From Jeotgalibacillus malaysiensis (GTDB lineage Bacteria > Bacillota > Bacilli > Bacillales > Jeotgalibacillaceae): a DNA stretch of 24,000 nucleotides. The notes beneath the pieces are model-generated. The model worked only from the letters and a program-made list of their open reading frames with translations. It had not been told where the DNA came from and did no database searches. Positions 1 to 10,270 of the stretch are shown here, piece after piece (position 1 is the stretch's first letter; each line of letters opens with the position of its first letter). A program made the position numbers and the translations under genes. The stretch spans positions 224,684 through 248,683 of the forward strand of contig NZ_CP085252.1 of the NCBI RefSeq assembly GCF_044789845.1, written 5' to 3'.

Positions 1-1320
1 TTCTTTTTCATTTATCTGTTTGTTCAACACATTATAATCAGTTACAGCTGGGACCCCTTTTGTTAATGTTCCTGTTTTATCGAATGCAATAGCCTTTAAG
101 GCGCCCATTTCTTCTAAATACACTCCGCCTTTTACAAGGACCCCTTTTTTCGCAGCATTCCCAATCGCTGAAACAATAGAAATCGGAGTCGATATGACCA
201 ATGCACAAGGACAACCAACAACTAGAACAGCTAATCCTTGATAAACCCATGTTTCCCAACTGCCATCAAAGAATAAAGGAGGGACTATAGCAACTAATGC
301 TGCAATGATCATAATAATCGGTGTGTAATATTTTGCGAATTTATCAACAAATGCTTGCGAAGGAGCACGTTCCCCTTGTGCTTCCTCTACAAGATGAATA
401 ATTTTAGAAATTGTTGTATCTTCTACAAGTTTCGTTATTTCTACTTCAAGTAATCCTTCTTCATTTAAGGTACCTGCAAATACTTCATTATCAACCGTTT
501 TCTCGACAGGGACTGATTCACCTGTAATAGCTGCTTGGTTAACGGCAGAGTACCCACTTACAACTACACCATCCATCGCAATCTTTTGACCAGGTTTTAC
601 AATCATGATATCCCCAACAGCAATATCATCAACATGAATCATTATTTCTTGTCCATTACGTCTAACAAGTGCCTCTTTAGGAGCGATATCCATTAATGAA
701 CGAATCGATTGTCTTGCTCTATCCATAGAGAATCGCTCAAGTGCTTCACTGATTGCAAAGAGAATAACAACAATGGCAACTTCTGCCCATTCTCCAATAA
801 TAGCACCACCTATAACAGCCACTGTCATAAGGGTTTTCATATCAAATTCAAAACGTAGTAAGTTTTGCAAACCAACTTTAAAAAGTGATAATCCTCCGAT
901 AAACATGGATGCTAAAAACAATAAGGTAGTAACAATGTTCTCTTCTCCATTCACATACGAGGAAAGATAACCAAAGGCAATCAATAAGGAAGCATAAAGT
1001 AGAGTACTATGCTTTTTATAAAACGGCACTTTATCTTCTTTCGTATCTTCTTTTACCTCTTGTGATGCTTGGCGAGCAGATTTTTCAGGTGTCACTTTGA
1101 GATTCTCAAATGCACCTGCTTTTTCTAGTTCTTCTATCGTTGCATTACCATAAACAGCAATTTTAGATGCACCAAAATTTACTTTTGCATCCTCAACTCC
1201 AGATAGCTGTTTTACATTTTTTTCGAATTTACCCGCGCAGTTTGCGCAAGTAAAACCTTGTACACGATAGGCCTTCATTTCTTGTTCAGATGTTATTGCC
1301 TTTTGATCAGACATTGACAT
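1..1320 (-). CDS. cadA: Cadmium/zinc/lead-translocating P-type ATPase CadA (N-terminal part, runs off the window)
   Basis: Minus-strand reading gives [39 protein letters not shown]... (GFTCANC heavy-metal motif), TGES actuator motif, CPC metal-binding motif ([11 protein letters not shown]) and DKTGTLTKG phosphorylation motif. Start is at 1314 or 1320. Absent from the ORF track because it is open at the left edge. Confidence 0.95.
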   Translation of the reverse strand, partial: MSMSDQKAITSEQEMKAYRVQGFTCANCAGKFEKNVKQLSGVEDAKVNFGASKIAVYGNATIEELEKAGAFENLKVTPEKSARQASQEVKEDTKEDKVPFYKKHSTLLYASLLIAFGYLSSYVNGEENIVTTLLFLASMFIGGLSLFKVGLQNLLRFEFDMKTLMTVAVIGGAIIGEWAEVAIVVILFAISEALERFSMDRARQSIRSLMDIAPKEALVRRNGQEIMIHVDDIAVGDIMIVKPGQKIAMDGVVVSGYSAVNQAAITGESVPVEKTVDNEVFAGTLNEEGLLEVEITKLVEDTTISKIIHLVEEAQGERAPSQAFVDKFAKYYTPIIMIIAALVAIVPPLFFDGSWETWVYQGLAVLVVGCPCALVISTPISIVSAIGNAAKKGVLVKGGVYLEEMGALKAIAFDKTGTLTKGVPAVTDYNVLNKQINEKE

Positions 1321-1675
1321 TCACTTCTTTCTTATGTTCTAGTACAATCATCATTATTTGTCTAATATGTTCATCGTCTAACGAATAAAACGCTAGTTTT
1401 CCTTCTTTTCTATATCTTACAATCCCCTGCTTATGAAGGGTCCTTAAATGATGAGAAGCATTTGCCACCGTAATACCAATAATATTTGCTATATCACACA
1501 CACATAACTCTTCATCTTGACACAAAGCATAGGTAATCTTTGCCCTATTTTCATCCGCAATTGCTTTTAACATTTGGGCAACACTAACAATATCGATTGT
1601 TTTTAAATCACCTTGTATTCGATTGACCTTTTCCTCGTCATAACAAAAAATTTCACAAGTATCTTTCTTATTCAC
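1307..1675 (-). CDS. cadC: ArsR/SmtB-family metal-responsive repressor CadC
   Basis: 122-aa ORF with [12 protein letters not shown]...[26 protein letters not shown] winged-helix signature and N-terminal cysteines; overlaps the start of cadA. Confidence 0.95.
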   Translation of the reverse strand: MNKKDTCEIFCYDEEKVNRIQGDLKTIDIVSVAQMLKAIADENRAKITYALCQDEELCVCDIANIIGITVANASHHLRTLHKQGIVRYRKEGKLAFYSLDDEHIRQIMMIVLEHKKEVNVNV

Positions 1676-1692
1676 ATTATCACCCCATTGAT

Positions 1693-1758
1693 ATTCAAAT
1701 GTTCACTTGAATATAGTATATACCTTCCCTTGGTTAATATTCAAGTGAATATTTGAAT
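1693..1758. promoter_or_regulatory. cadC promoter/operator region with paired 22-bp operator-like sites
   Basis: ATTCAAATGTTCACTTGAATAT (1693-1714) and ATATTCAAGTGAATATTTGAAT (1737-1758) are inverted copies differing at one position, directly upstream of cadC. Confidence 0.65.
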
Positions 1759-1857
1759 GAAAAACATAAAATGATTTTTCTAATAGTAATTCCCATTAAC
1801 GAACGTTTTAGGGATTTTTTTGCACGCTTATATTTACATAGTTTTGAACTGTTTACC

Positions 1858-1920
1858 ATTCCCTAAACTATTCCCTTTAACTTATTCCCTAAAATTGACG
1901 GTACCCCCGTATTAGGGAAT
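1858..1920. promoter_or_regulatory. Candidate res (resolvase recombination) region upstream of tnpR
   Basis: Three ATTCCCT motifs at 1858, 1870 and 1884 plus inverted AGGGAAT at 1914-1920, immediately upstream of the resolvase gene. Confidence 0.4.
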
Positions 1921-1944
1921 AATTAATTTCAGGAGGGGAATAGA

Positions 1945-2499
1945 ATGGGGAAAATTTTTGGATATGCTCGAGTTTCTACTCAAGATCAAAATTTAGAATT
2001 ACAAATGGATGCCTTACAAAAAGCTGGTGCAGCTGTTATCTACAAGGAAAAAATGACGGGCACAAAAAAAGAGCGTTTAGAATTAGAGCAACTCTTAAAA
2101 GCAATAAGTGAAGGAGATACAGTGGTTGTCTATAAACTAGATCGTATCTCAAGATCTACCAAGCACTTAATTGAATTAGCAGAAACCTTTGAGGAAAGAA
2201 AAGTGAATTTTGTTTCTATAAGTGACAACATTGATACGTCAACTGCAATGGGACGTTTTTTCTTCCGTACCATGGCAAGTATTGCTGAGTTAGAACGGGA
2301 TATCATCAGTGAACGTACTAAAGCAGGGTTACAATCTGCAAGAATTAGAGGTAGAAATGGCGGAAGACCAATTAAGGATCCAAAATTAGTAGAACGAGCA
2401 TTAAAACTACATGCTTCTAAGGAGTACAGTATAAAAGAGATTTCAGATATGACTGGTGTTAGTAAATCTGTGTTGTATCGAGCTATAGAACGTATATAG
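1945..2499 (+). CDS. tnpR: Tn3-family serine resolvase
   Basis: 184 aa; GYARVSTQDQNLELQ catalytic serine motif, YKLDRISRS, AELERDIISERTKAGL and C-terminal HTH; RBS AGGAGGGG upstream. Confidence 0.95.
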   Translation: MGKIFGYARVSTQDQNLELQMDALQKAGAAVIYKEKMTGTKKERLELEQLLKAISEGDTVVVYKLDRISRSTKHLIELAETFEERKVNFVSISDNIDTSTAMGRFFFRTMASIAELERDIISERTKAGLQSARIRGRNGGRPIKDPKLVERALKLHASKEYSIKEISDMTGVSKSVLYRAIERI

Positions 2500-2520
2500 A
2501 AATGAACAGGAGGCATTATC

Positions 2521-5443
2521 TTGTATTTGAGAGCAAGAGAACTACTTACACCTGAACAACGTATAGATTTCATGACAATTCCAGCTGATATTAGCGAGTG
2601 GGAAATAGCTACCTCCTACACTTTATCACCACATGATTTAGAAGTGATTAAACGTCGAAGACGAGACTATAATCGACTTGGATTTGCCGTTCAGTTATGT
2701 CTGTTTCGCTTTCCGGGATGGACATTATCGGATATTAAAGAAATACCTAAGACAGTTTTACTGTTTATTGCCAATCAAATTAAGGTTGACCCCTTAGAAT
2801 TTCAATCATATGCCGAACGGGAACAAACTAAGCATGAACATATGGTTGAAATTCGGAAAGAATATGGTTATAGGAACTTCTCAACAAGAGAATATCGTAA
2901 CATCTCTTCTTCTTTACTAAGCCATGCAATGGAAAATGAGAACTCAATGTATTTGATTAGGACGGCTATCGAAGAAATGAGGAAGCGAAAAAATTATTCT
3001 TCCAGCTATGTCGACTATTGAACGTCTGGTTTGGCAAACACGTCATCGAGCTGAACAAAAAATATATAAGATATTATCGCGGTCTCTATCCTCTTTGCAA
3101 AAGGAAAGTTTGATCCTAATGACGGAGTCTACTCTGGATAGTGGAAAAACACCTCTTGCTTGGTTAAAAGAAATCCCAGGACAATCTTCACCTGATGCCT
3201 TCTTAAAAGTCATTGAACGATTAGAGTATGTGAAAAAACTTGAGTTATCTATTGATTGTAATGACATACACCCGAACAGGCTTCTTCAATTGTCGCGTTT
3301 AGGTGCGCGATATGAACCTCATTCCTTCCGAAGATTTAATGAGACTAAAAAATATGCCATTCTTGTGGCTTATCTCTTAAATCTCAGTCAAGACTTAATT
3401 GATCAAGCCATTGGAATCCACGATCGCCAAATTATGATCTTGCAGTCAAAGGGCCGTAAGGCCCAAGAAGAAATGCAGAGACAAAACGGTAAAACAATTA
3501 ATGAAAAAATCATACAGTTTGCTGACATCGGTGCTGCACTAATAAAGGCAAGAAATGAAGGATTGGATCCGTTTACTACATTGGAAACCGTCATGTCCTG
3601 GGAGAAAATGATTGCATCGGTGGAAGAGGCAAAACAATTATCACGTCCTATCGACTATGATTATTTAGATCTTTTAGAAAGACGATTTTTTTATCTTCGA
3701 AAATATACGCCTACCTTACTTAAATCACTAAAATTTCAATCGACCCAATCAGCAAAACCATTGATAGAAGCACTAGATATTATTAAAAATATGAATGATT
3801 CAGGTAAACGAAAAGTTCCAGAAGGAGCTCCTCTTGGATTTGTCTCTAACCGGTGGCAGAAACACGTATATGACGAGGATGGAAGTATCAATCGACATTA
3901 TTATGAAATGGCAGCATTAACTGAATTACAAAATCATATTCGATCTGGAGATGTATCTGTTCGAGGCAGTAAACAACATAAAGATTTTGAAGAGTATCTA
4001 ATTCCAAAAGAAGAATGGTTAGAAACTGGATTACATCATAATCGCCTTGCTGTAGGCAGTTCTGCTGAAGAATATTTGACCGAAAGAATGGATTCTCTTC
4101 GAAAACGGCTGCAAGCTATGTCCGATAACGTTGATGAACTAGAGGGTGTCAGTATAAATAAGGGGAAAATTCGCATTGACCGTCTTGAAAAGGATACTCC
4201 AGAAGAAGCCAAGACGTTTAGTTCATCCCTATACAGCATGTTGCCACGGATAAAACTAACAGATCTGCTAATGGAAGTTGCAAGTTGGACAGGTTTTGAT
4301 GAACAATTTATTCATGCTTCTTCAAGCCGTCCTCCCAAAGGAGAGGAAAAGTCGATCTTATTAGCCACGATAATGGCGCTGGGTACAAATATTGGCTTAA
4401 CAAAGATGGCAGATGCTACACCCGGAATTACCTATCACCAAATGGCTCATGCTTCTCAGTGGCGTCTTTATGATGATGCGATGAATAAAGCTCAGGCAAC
4501 ACTTGTGAATTTCCATCATCAGCTTGCTTTATCTTCATATTGGGGAGATGGAAGTACTTCCTCTTCAGATGGTATGAGAGTACAAGTTGGCGTGTCTTCT
4601 CTACATGCAGAATCAAATCCTCATTATGGTTCTGGTAAAGGAGCTACGATTTATCGCTTTACAAGTGATCAGTTTTCTTCTTACTACACAAAAGTCATTA
4701 ATACCAACGCTCGTGACGCAGTTCATGTGATAGATGGGTTGCTGCATCATGAATCTGAATTGAATATTGAAGAACATTATACAGACACGGCTGGTTATAC
4801 CGATCAAGTTTTTGGACTGAGCCATCTACTTGGTTTTCGTTTTGCACCTCGCCTTCGAGATCTGTCTGATACTCGACTATATGTAATAGAAAAACCTGGT
4901 GAGTTTCCAACAATAGAAAAATTAATACGAGGGCGTATTAATACAAAGGTTATTCTAGAAAACTATGATGATGTTTTACGTCTAGCCCACTCCATTCGGG
5001 AAGGGAAAGTTTCTGGTTCACTCATTATGGGAAAGTTGGGGGCCTATTCAAGGCAAAATCGTTTGGCTACAGCACTCCGTGAAATGGGTAGAATTGAAAA
5101 AACAATCTTCATATTAGACTATATTTCAAATGAAGCAATACGTCGTCGAATTCAACGAGGGTTAAACAAAGGGGAGTCTATGAATGCCTTAGCACGAGCC
5201 TTATTTTTTGGAAAACGAGGTGAACTAAGGGATAGAGCGTTACAAGACCAGCTTCAACGTGCAAGTGCATTAAATATCATCATTAATGCTATCACTGTAT
5301 GGAATACAGTTTATCTCACAGAAGCAACAAAAGTTCTAAGTGAAAAAGGGATACTACGAGAGCAAATGATAAAACATATTTCACCATTAGGATGGGAACA
5401 CATTAATTTCTTAGGAGAGTATACTTTTGACATAAAAAAATGA
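2521..5443 (+). pseudogene. tnpA: Tn3-family transposase TnpA, interrupted by a frameshift (ORFs 2521-3021 and 3008-5443)
   Basis: First ORF is the N-terminal domain (LLTPEQRIDFMTIP..., ending ...EEMRKRKNYSSSYVDY*). Second ORF continues with STIERLVWQTRHRAEQKIY... to a C-terminus typical of Tn3 transposases. Dropping one A from the A6 run at 2988-2993 restores ...RKRKIILPAMSTIERLVW. Confidence 0.85.
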
Positions 5444-5536
5444 CAGGACTCAACTCTTTAAGACCATTAGATCGATAAACTCCAGAGCCGGTACCCTTAG
5501 AGTAAAGGATATCGGTTTTTATATGGTAAATAATGT

Positions 5537-5575
5537 CTTAAAGTGGGTTTTGTGTCAAAATGTTGGCGGTACTCC
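5537..5575 (-). repeat. Right terminal inverted repeat of the Tn3-family element
   Basis: CTTAAAGTGGGTTTTGTGTCAAAATGTTGGCGGTACTCC, about 90 bp after the tnpA stop, matches the general form CTTA...GGCGGTACCCC of Bacillus Tn3-family ends. Confidence 0.65.
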
Positions 5576-5749
5576 ATTATGATCTAAATAATGACCATAT
5601 CATACTGAGATTTTCATAAAATACAAACTCAGTTCTGCTAATGAATTCATTTTGTTAAAAGTCAAAGAAATGCTACCATTCCTCCGCCAAATATGCATAT
5701 TTATGAGTTAAGGTGAAAGCAAATACTAATGAAAGAAGGGATTGAGATA

Positions 5750-7249
5750 ATGCAAAAAAAATTGCTAAAAGGAACCTTATCTATTTTAGCTGCAATAATC
5801 TTATCGGCTTGCACAGGTGATAGTGGGGGAATGAACTCTAGTATGATGATGGATAATGAAGATAATCCTGATCAAGGTATGGATCAGGATGGTATGAATG
5901 AAATGATGGATCATGGGGAGGTACCTTCACTTGCATCTTCTGAAGGAGTAAATGAGTTGGTGATTCCTCCATTATTAGAAAAGCAAAAAGGAAAAAACTA
6001 TGATTATGAAGTGACGGCACAAGAAGGGATCACTGAATTTTTCGAAGGAATCTCAACTGAGACTTACGGATATAATGGTGATTTGCTTGGTCCCACACTG
6101 AAAATAGAAGAAGGAGAGAGTGTGAATGTTAAAATTACAAATGACTTAAATGAACCAACTACATTTCATTGGCATGGTTTGGAAGTTGCCAGTAAAATAG
6201 ATGGTGGACCCAGTGATGAAATTCAACCAGGAGAAAGCCGGATCATTACATTAGAAGCTGATCAACCAGCTGCTACATTATGGTATCACCCACATGTTCA
6301 TGAAATGACTGCTGAACAAGTATTTAGAGGACTCTCAGGAATGTTAATCATTGACAATTCCATTAATTCAGATTTGGAGATTCCAAACGAATATGGGGTT
6401 AACGATATTCCGCTTATTTTTCAAGACCGTCTTTTTGACGAAGATAAGCAATTAGATTACGACAATCTCATGAATGTAGACGGCACTTTGGGTGACGTTT
6501 CCATGGTGAACGGAACAATCAATCCAAAGATGACTGTCACAGAACCTATTATGCGATTTCGTTTATTAAATGGATCAAATGCACGTAATTATACATTTCG
6601 CTTAAGTAATGGTGATAATTTCACTCAAATTGCCTCTGACGGCAGCTTACTCGATGAGCCAGTTGACCGTAAAGAACTTACACTCGCTGCTTCGGAGCGT
6701 GCTGAAATTCTTATAGATTTTTCGAAATTAACTGAAGAGGAATCACTTTCTATCATTAATGAAGAAGGTGTAGTGCTACTCCCATTTGATGTGAAAGATA
6801 CTGATTCAACAGCGGGCTCTATTAAAACATGGACCACTGATGAGCCGTTTTTGACAGATGAGGAGAAAGAAATGCCTGTTACTAAAAACATTGAATTATT
6901 TGGAATGATGGATATGGTATCTATTAACGGAAAAAAATTCGATGCTGATCGTATTGATTTGCGTCAGGAGCAGGGCGTGACAGAAGTGTGGGAAATTTAT
7001 AATAAACCGGATATGATGGGTGGTATGGTACATCCATTCCACATTCATGGTACCCAGTTCAAAGTAATTTCCCGTGACGGTGAAGAAGTGGAAGAAAGTG
7101 AACAAGGCTTTAAAGATAGTGTTGCAGTTGAACCTGGTGAAAGAGTAAAATTGCTCGTCACTTTTCCTGAAAAAGGGGTTTACGTATTCCATTGCCATAT
7201 TTTAGAACATGAAGATAATGGCATGATGGGACAGATTGAAGTGTATTAA
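5750..7249 (+). CDS. Multicopper oxidase (secreted lipoprotein, CueO/laccase-like)
   Basis: Lipoprotein signal (ILSACTGDSG). All copper motifs present: HWHG, WYHPHVH, HPFHIHG and HCHILEHEDNGMM. ORF track begins at 5729; an internal ATG at 5750 starts the signal peptide. Confidence 0.92.
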   Translation: MQKKLLKGTLSILAAIILSACTGDSGGMNSSMMMDNEDNPDQGMDQDGMNEMMDHGEVPSLASSEGVNELVIPPLLEKQKGKNYDYEVTAQEGITEFFEGISTETYGYNGDLLGPTLKIEEGESVNVKITNDLNEPTTFHWHGLEVASKIDGGPSDEIQPGESRIITLEADQPAATLWYHPHVHEMTAEQVFRGLSGMLIIDNSINSDLEIPNEYGVNDIPLIFQDRLFDEDKQLDYDNLMNVDGTLGDVSMVNGTINPKMTVTEPIMRFRLLNGSNARNYTFRLSNGDNFTQIASDGSLLDEPVDRKELTLAASERAEILIDFSKLTEEESLSIINEEGVVLLPFDVKDTDSTAGSIKTWTTDEPFLTDEEKEMPVTKNIELFGMMDMVSINGKKFDADRIDLRQEQGVTEVWEIYNKPDMMGGMVHPFHIHGTQFKVISRDGEEVEESEQGFKDSVAVEPGERVKLLVTFPEKGVYVFHCHILEHEDNGMMGQIEVY

Positions 7250-7275
7250 GCAGAAAACTCAATATAGTACAAAGA

Positions 7276-7309
7276 GTCTCCAAAGGTTAAGTTTTCACCT
7301 TTTGGAGAC
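7276..7309 (+). terminator. Intrinsic-terminator-like hairpin after the multicopper oxidase gene
   Basis: GTCTCCAAAGG ... CCTTTTGGAGAC imperfect hairpin. Confidence 0.5.
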
Positions 7310-7433
7310 CCTTTGGATTATTTGCTTTATTATGCCTTGAAAACCTTACATTTAATTAATCAAAAAAGTTGGCTTATCATCGAGGCAGAGGCTAACTTAT
7401 TTTTTGATTGTGCGAAGTTTGGGTAATAATAAA

Positions 7434-7473
7434 AAGCTTGCAGTGTCCCATCAATTATGAGCACTGCAAGCTT
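7434..7473. terminator. Terminator hairpin between multicopper oxidase and YdhK-like gene
   Basis: Perfect 12-bp stem AAGCTTGCAGTG / CACTGCAAGCTT with A-rich left and T-rich right flank. Confidence 0.7.
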
Positions 7474-7484
7474 ATTTATTTCAT

Positions 7485-8123
7485 TTATTCCGGCTCTTTT
7501 AACTCTTCCTCTGTAATCCATTTATGATTAGTCACTTCATCTCCGTTTTCTAAAGTAAAGTCAACCATATAAACAGTTGTCTCCTCGGCAGTATCAATTT
7601 CAGCCGTTGCACCTTCCATACCTTCCATGTGTGAAGCTTCTACCTTTACTTCATCACCTTTTTGGTAAGACTCTTCCTGTCTGTCAGAAATTTCTTCATG
7701 AATAACCCATTTATGATCTTCTACTCTATCTCCACCATCGGTTGGGTCATAAGAAATACTATAAGCTACAGTGTCATAGGCTCCTACAACTGTAGCTTCT
7801 GCACCCTCCATGCCTTCCATATGTGATGCAGTGATTATTGCTGTGTCACCAGCCTCAAACTTCGGTGCCTCGGCCTCTTGCAGACCTTCAGGAATTTCAC
7901 CTGAACCGGACATATCCATACCTGAATGGTCCATCTCCTCGGTAGAATCGCTTTGTTCTGAAGAATTATCTTCGTCCATTGATTCCATTTCATTTTCAGT
8001 TTCTTCGGTCTCAGAATCATTCACTGCGCCAGATTCTGCTCCTTCATTATCTGCACAGGCAAATAAAATTGTACTTGCTGCCAGTGAAAATGTACCTATC
8101 ATCAGTCTTTTACTCAATGCCAC
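7485..8123 (-). CDS. YdhK family (DUF1541) lipoprotein
   Basis: Lipoprotein signal (STILFACAD), Met/Asp-rich linker and two repeats of ASHMEGMEGA(E/T)A...DHKW/NHKW. Confidence 0.9.
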   Translation of the reverse strand: MALSKRLMIGTFSLAASTILFACADNEGAESGAVNDSETEETENEMESMDEDNSSEQSDSTEEMDHSGMDMSGSGEIPEGLQEAEAPKFEAGDTAIITASHMEGMEGAEATVVGAYDTVAYSISYDPTDGGDRVEDHKWVIHEEISDRQEESYQKGDEVKVEASHMEGMEGATAEIDTAEETTVYMVDFTLENGDEVTNHKWITEEELKEPE

Positions 8124-8258
8124 TAATATAACCTCCCAATATCGTTATATAAATGGGATACCCATTTTTTGTGCAGAAATGATGGAGGATTGAAAATAAA
8201 ATTAAAATTTTTTTGTGATAAAACACATTATAAACAAGGAGGCTATGTCGATGTAATT

Positions 8259-9203
8259 TCAATTGACTTGGAAAATACCTTCCATTCCTTGTTCCTTATG
8301 GTTTGGTAATGAGCAAAAGAAGGGAACTTGAGTAGCTTTTTTTGCAATTAATTGGACCGATTTCGATTCACCAGGTTTCAAATGTATATGTACTTTATTT
8401 GAATTAGTTCCATGATTATGTGTATTACTTAAGTTATTAAGGATTTCTATTGTATTATTTTCAAATTGAAGGTCATGATCGATTGTTCCGGTGTTAGTCA
8501 GTACTATCTCAGTTAAAGAGCCCTTTTGCAATTGTATCTTTGAAGGATAGTAAGTATATTCGTTCATTTTCACCTCTACTTTTTCTGATATGCTGGATTG
8601 TGGTTCTTTTGTGGTATGATTTTCAGATAAAATTTGATTGTTATTTACATGGGGGTGGCTTTTAATTTCATTTATAAAAAATAAAGGTCCAGTCATTTCA
8701 ACTATAAAAAACAAAATTATAAATATGACCCCTGCTTTTAATGGGTTAGAGACAGCATTTATCAATAATTTTCTAGTGCTATTTACTTCATCTCCGATTA
8801 ATCTAATAACCAACGCTGAAATAAAACAATGACTAAAGAATAAAATCTTTACCATAGAATCGTAATTTTCACTTTGAATCATAGATCCCAGCATAACCCC
8901 CATCATTCCGGCCATAACACCTGATAACATCCCATCCAGTAAGGCTACTTTCCCTATTCCGTTTCCAGGGATTGCTCCAACCACTAAACCGGTCATCATG
9001 CTGTAAACCGTTGCAATAAATAAGTTGTCTGAAAAATATATTCCTAAAATGGTTCCAATTATTAATCCTGTTGACATCGCCGTAGACATGGAAATCATCA
9101 TACCATTCATTTTGCTAATTGTTTTATGGGTATACATTAAAGCAACAATCGTTCCATACAATATAAATGACAGGGCAATAATCACGAGCAATCCTACATT
9201 CAA
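8259..9203 (-). CDS. Multi-pass membrane protein with C-terminal cupredoxin-like domain
   Basis: About 190 hydrophobic aa with several TM segments, then a domain ending PFFCSLPNHKEQGMEG (type-1 copper-like C-x4-H-x4-M) with an upstream DHDLQF histidine. Confidence 0.75.
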   Translation of the reverse strand: MNVGLLVIIALSFILYGTIVALMYTHKTISKMNGMMISMSTAMSTGLIIGTILGIYFSDNLFIATVYSMMTGLVVGAIPGNGIGKVALLDGMLSGVMAGMMGVMLGSMIQSENYDSMVKILFFSHCFISALVIRLIGDEVNSTRKLLINAVSNPLKAGVIFIILFFIVEMTGPLFFINEIKSHPHVNNNQILSENHTTKEPQSSISEKVEVKMNEYTYYPSKIQLQKGSLTEIVLTNTGTIDHDLQFENNTIEILNNLSNTHNHGTNSNKVHIHLKPGESKSVQLIAKKATQVPFFCSLPNHKEQGMEGIFQVN

Positions 9204-9545
9204 TAGATCTAATTCCTTCCTGTATTTAATTTTTTGGTTAATTTATTTTTATCATATGTAAAAAACACCTTTACATACCTAGTATGGGTATATTATTATA
9301 TTTATAATAGGTTCCAATAATTGATCAAATAATCTCTTACAATAAAGAGTGTGCTTTTTCGCTAACGAAATTTAGTTTGGTAATAAAAGGTTTTCGACAT
9401 GAGCTAAACTGAATTGAATAATAAACGCGTTAGATCTAGAAGATAATTGAAAAAGTATGTATTTGTTGAATTGTATACAGTAGATTTGTAATAACGGTTC
9501 AGAAGTGATTATTTGAAAAAATTATAATGGCGAGGAGGATATAAA

Positions 9546-9755
9546 ATGGAGAGTGTATCACTAAAAGTTACAGGTATGTCTTGTCAGAATTGTGTAAAAT
9601 CTATTGAAAAAAACCTTGGTGAGATGCAGGGTGTTGAGAAAGTTTCTGTTTCACTTCAAGAAAACATTGTCAATGTAAACTATAATGAAGATGAGGTTTC
9701 TTTAGATCAAATGCAAGTTGTAATAGAAGATCAAGGTTACGAAGTTAATAAATAG
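9546..9755 (+). CDS. copZ: Copper chaperone CopZ (HMA domain)
   Basis: 69 aa, VTGMSCQNCVKSIEKNLGEMQGV with MxCxxC motif; RBS GAGGAGG upstream. Confidence 0.93.
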   Translation: MESVSLKVTGMSCQNCVKSIEKNLGEMQGVEKVSVSLQENIVNVNYNEDEVSLDQMQVVIEDQGYEVNK

Positions 9756-9787
9756 TATCTTAGAATTTGTTCGAGCCCGTTAGAATA

Positions 9788-9836
9788 ACAAAATAGTCCA
9801 CAAGGAGCAATTGCTACTTGTAGACTATTTTGTTTT
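9788..9836 (+). terminator. Intrinsic terminator after copZ
   Basis: AACAAAATAGTC(C)ACAAG ... CTTGT(A)GACTATTTTGTT followed by a T run. Confidence 0.75.
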
Positions 9837-9931
9837 TTTGTGAGAGAATGCATCATTTCTCGATAAATTTACTCTATTATGTTCATGTGATTGAACCAGA
9901 ATGAATGACTATATTTATAAAGGAGATGATG

Positions 9932-10183
9932 ATTATGATGAATGGCTCTGGCATGATGGCGGGTGGAATGTGGCTCGGTATACTGCTTGTTGGTTTGGTG
10001 GTCATACTTGTGATATTCGCATTTTTTAAACTGCTTAATTCTAGAATAGACGGTGATTCCGCTAAGCATCAAAATGAAGGAGATTTTTCTTTGATCATCC
10101 TCAATGAAAGGTTAGCGAAGGGTGAGATACAAGTAGAAGAATACAATCATCTGAAAGGTATAATCCTTAAGTCAGAAAAATAA
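9932..10183 (+). CDS. Small membrane protein with SHOCT-like C-terminus
   Basis: One TM helix (WLGILLVGLVVILVIFAFF) plus ILNERLAKGEIQVEEYNHLKGII; likely start in the ATGATG cluster after AAAGGAGATG rather than at 9905. Confidence 0.75.
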   Translation: MMMNGSGMMAGGMWLGILLVGLVVILVIFAFFKLLNSRIDGDSAKHQNEGDFSLIILNERLAKGEIQVEEYNHLKGIILKSEK

Positions 10184-10270
10184 AAAAATAAAAGTATTTT
10201 AGAAATATTGCTGAAATATTGAACAAATTCAGCATTGACAATCACAGTAAGCAAAGTTGGGTGAAATGCA

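Noticed and set aside
3043-4913. Several minus- and plus-strand 60-74-aa ORFs inside tnpA
   Set aside because: Shadow ORFs of a long conserved transposase reading frame.
7810-8193. Plus-strand 127-aa ORF over the YdhK-like gene
   Set aside because: Antisense shadow of a clear DUF1541 lipoprotein gene.
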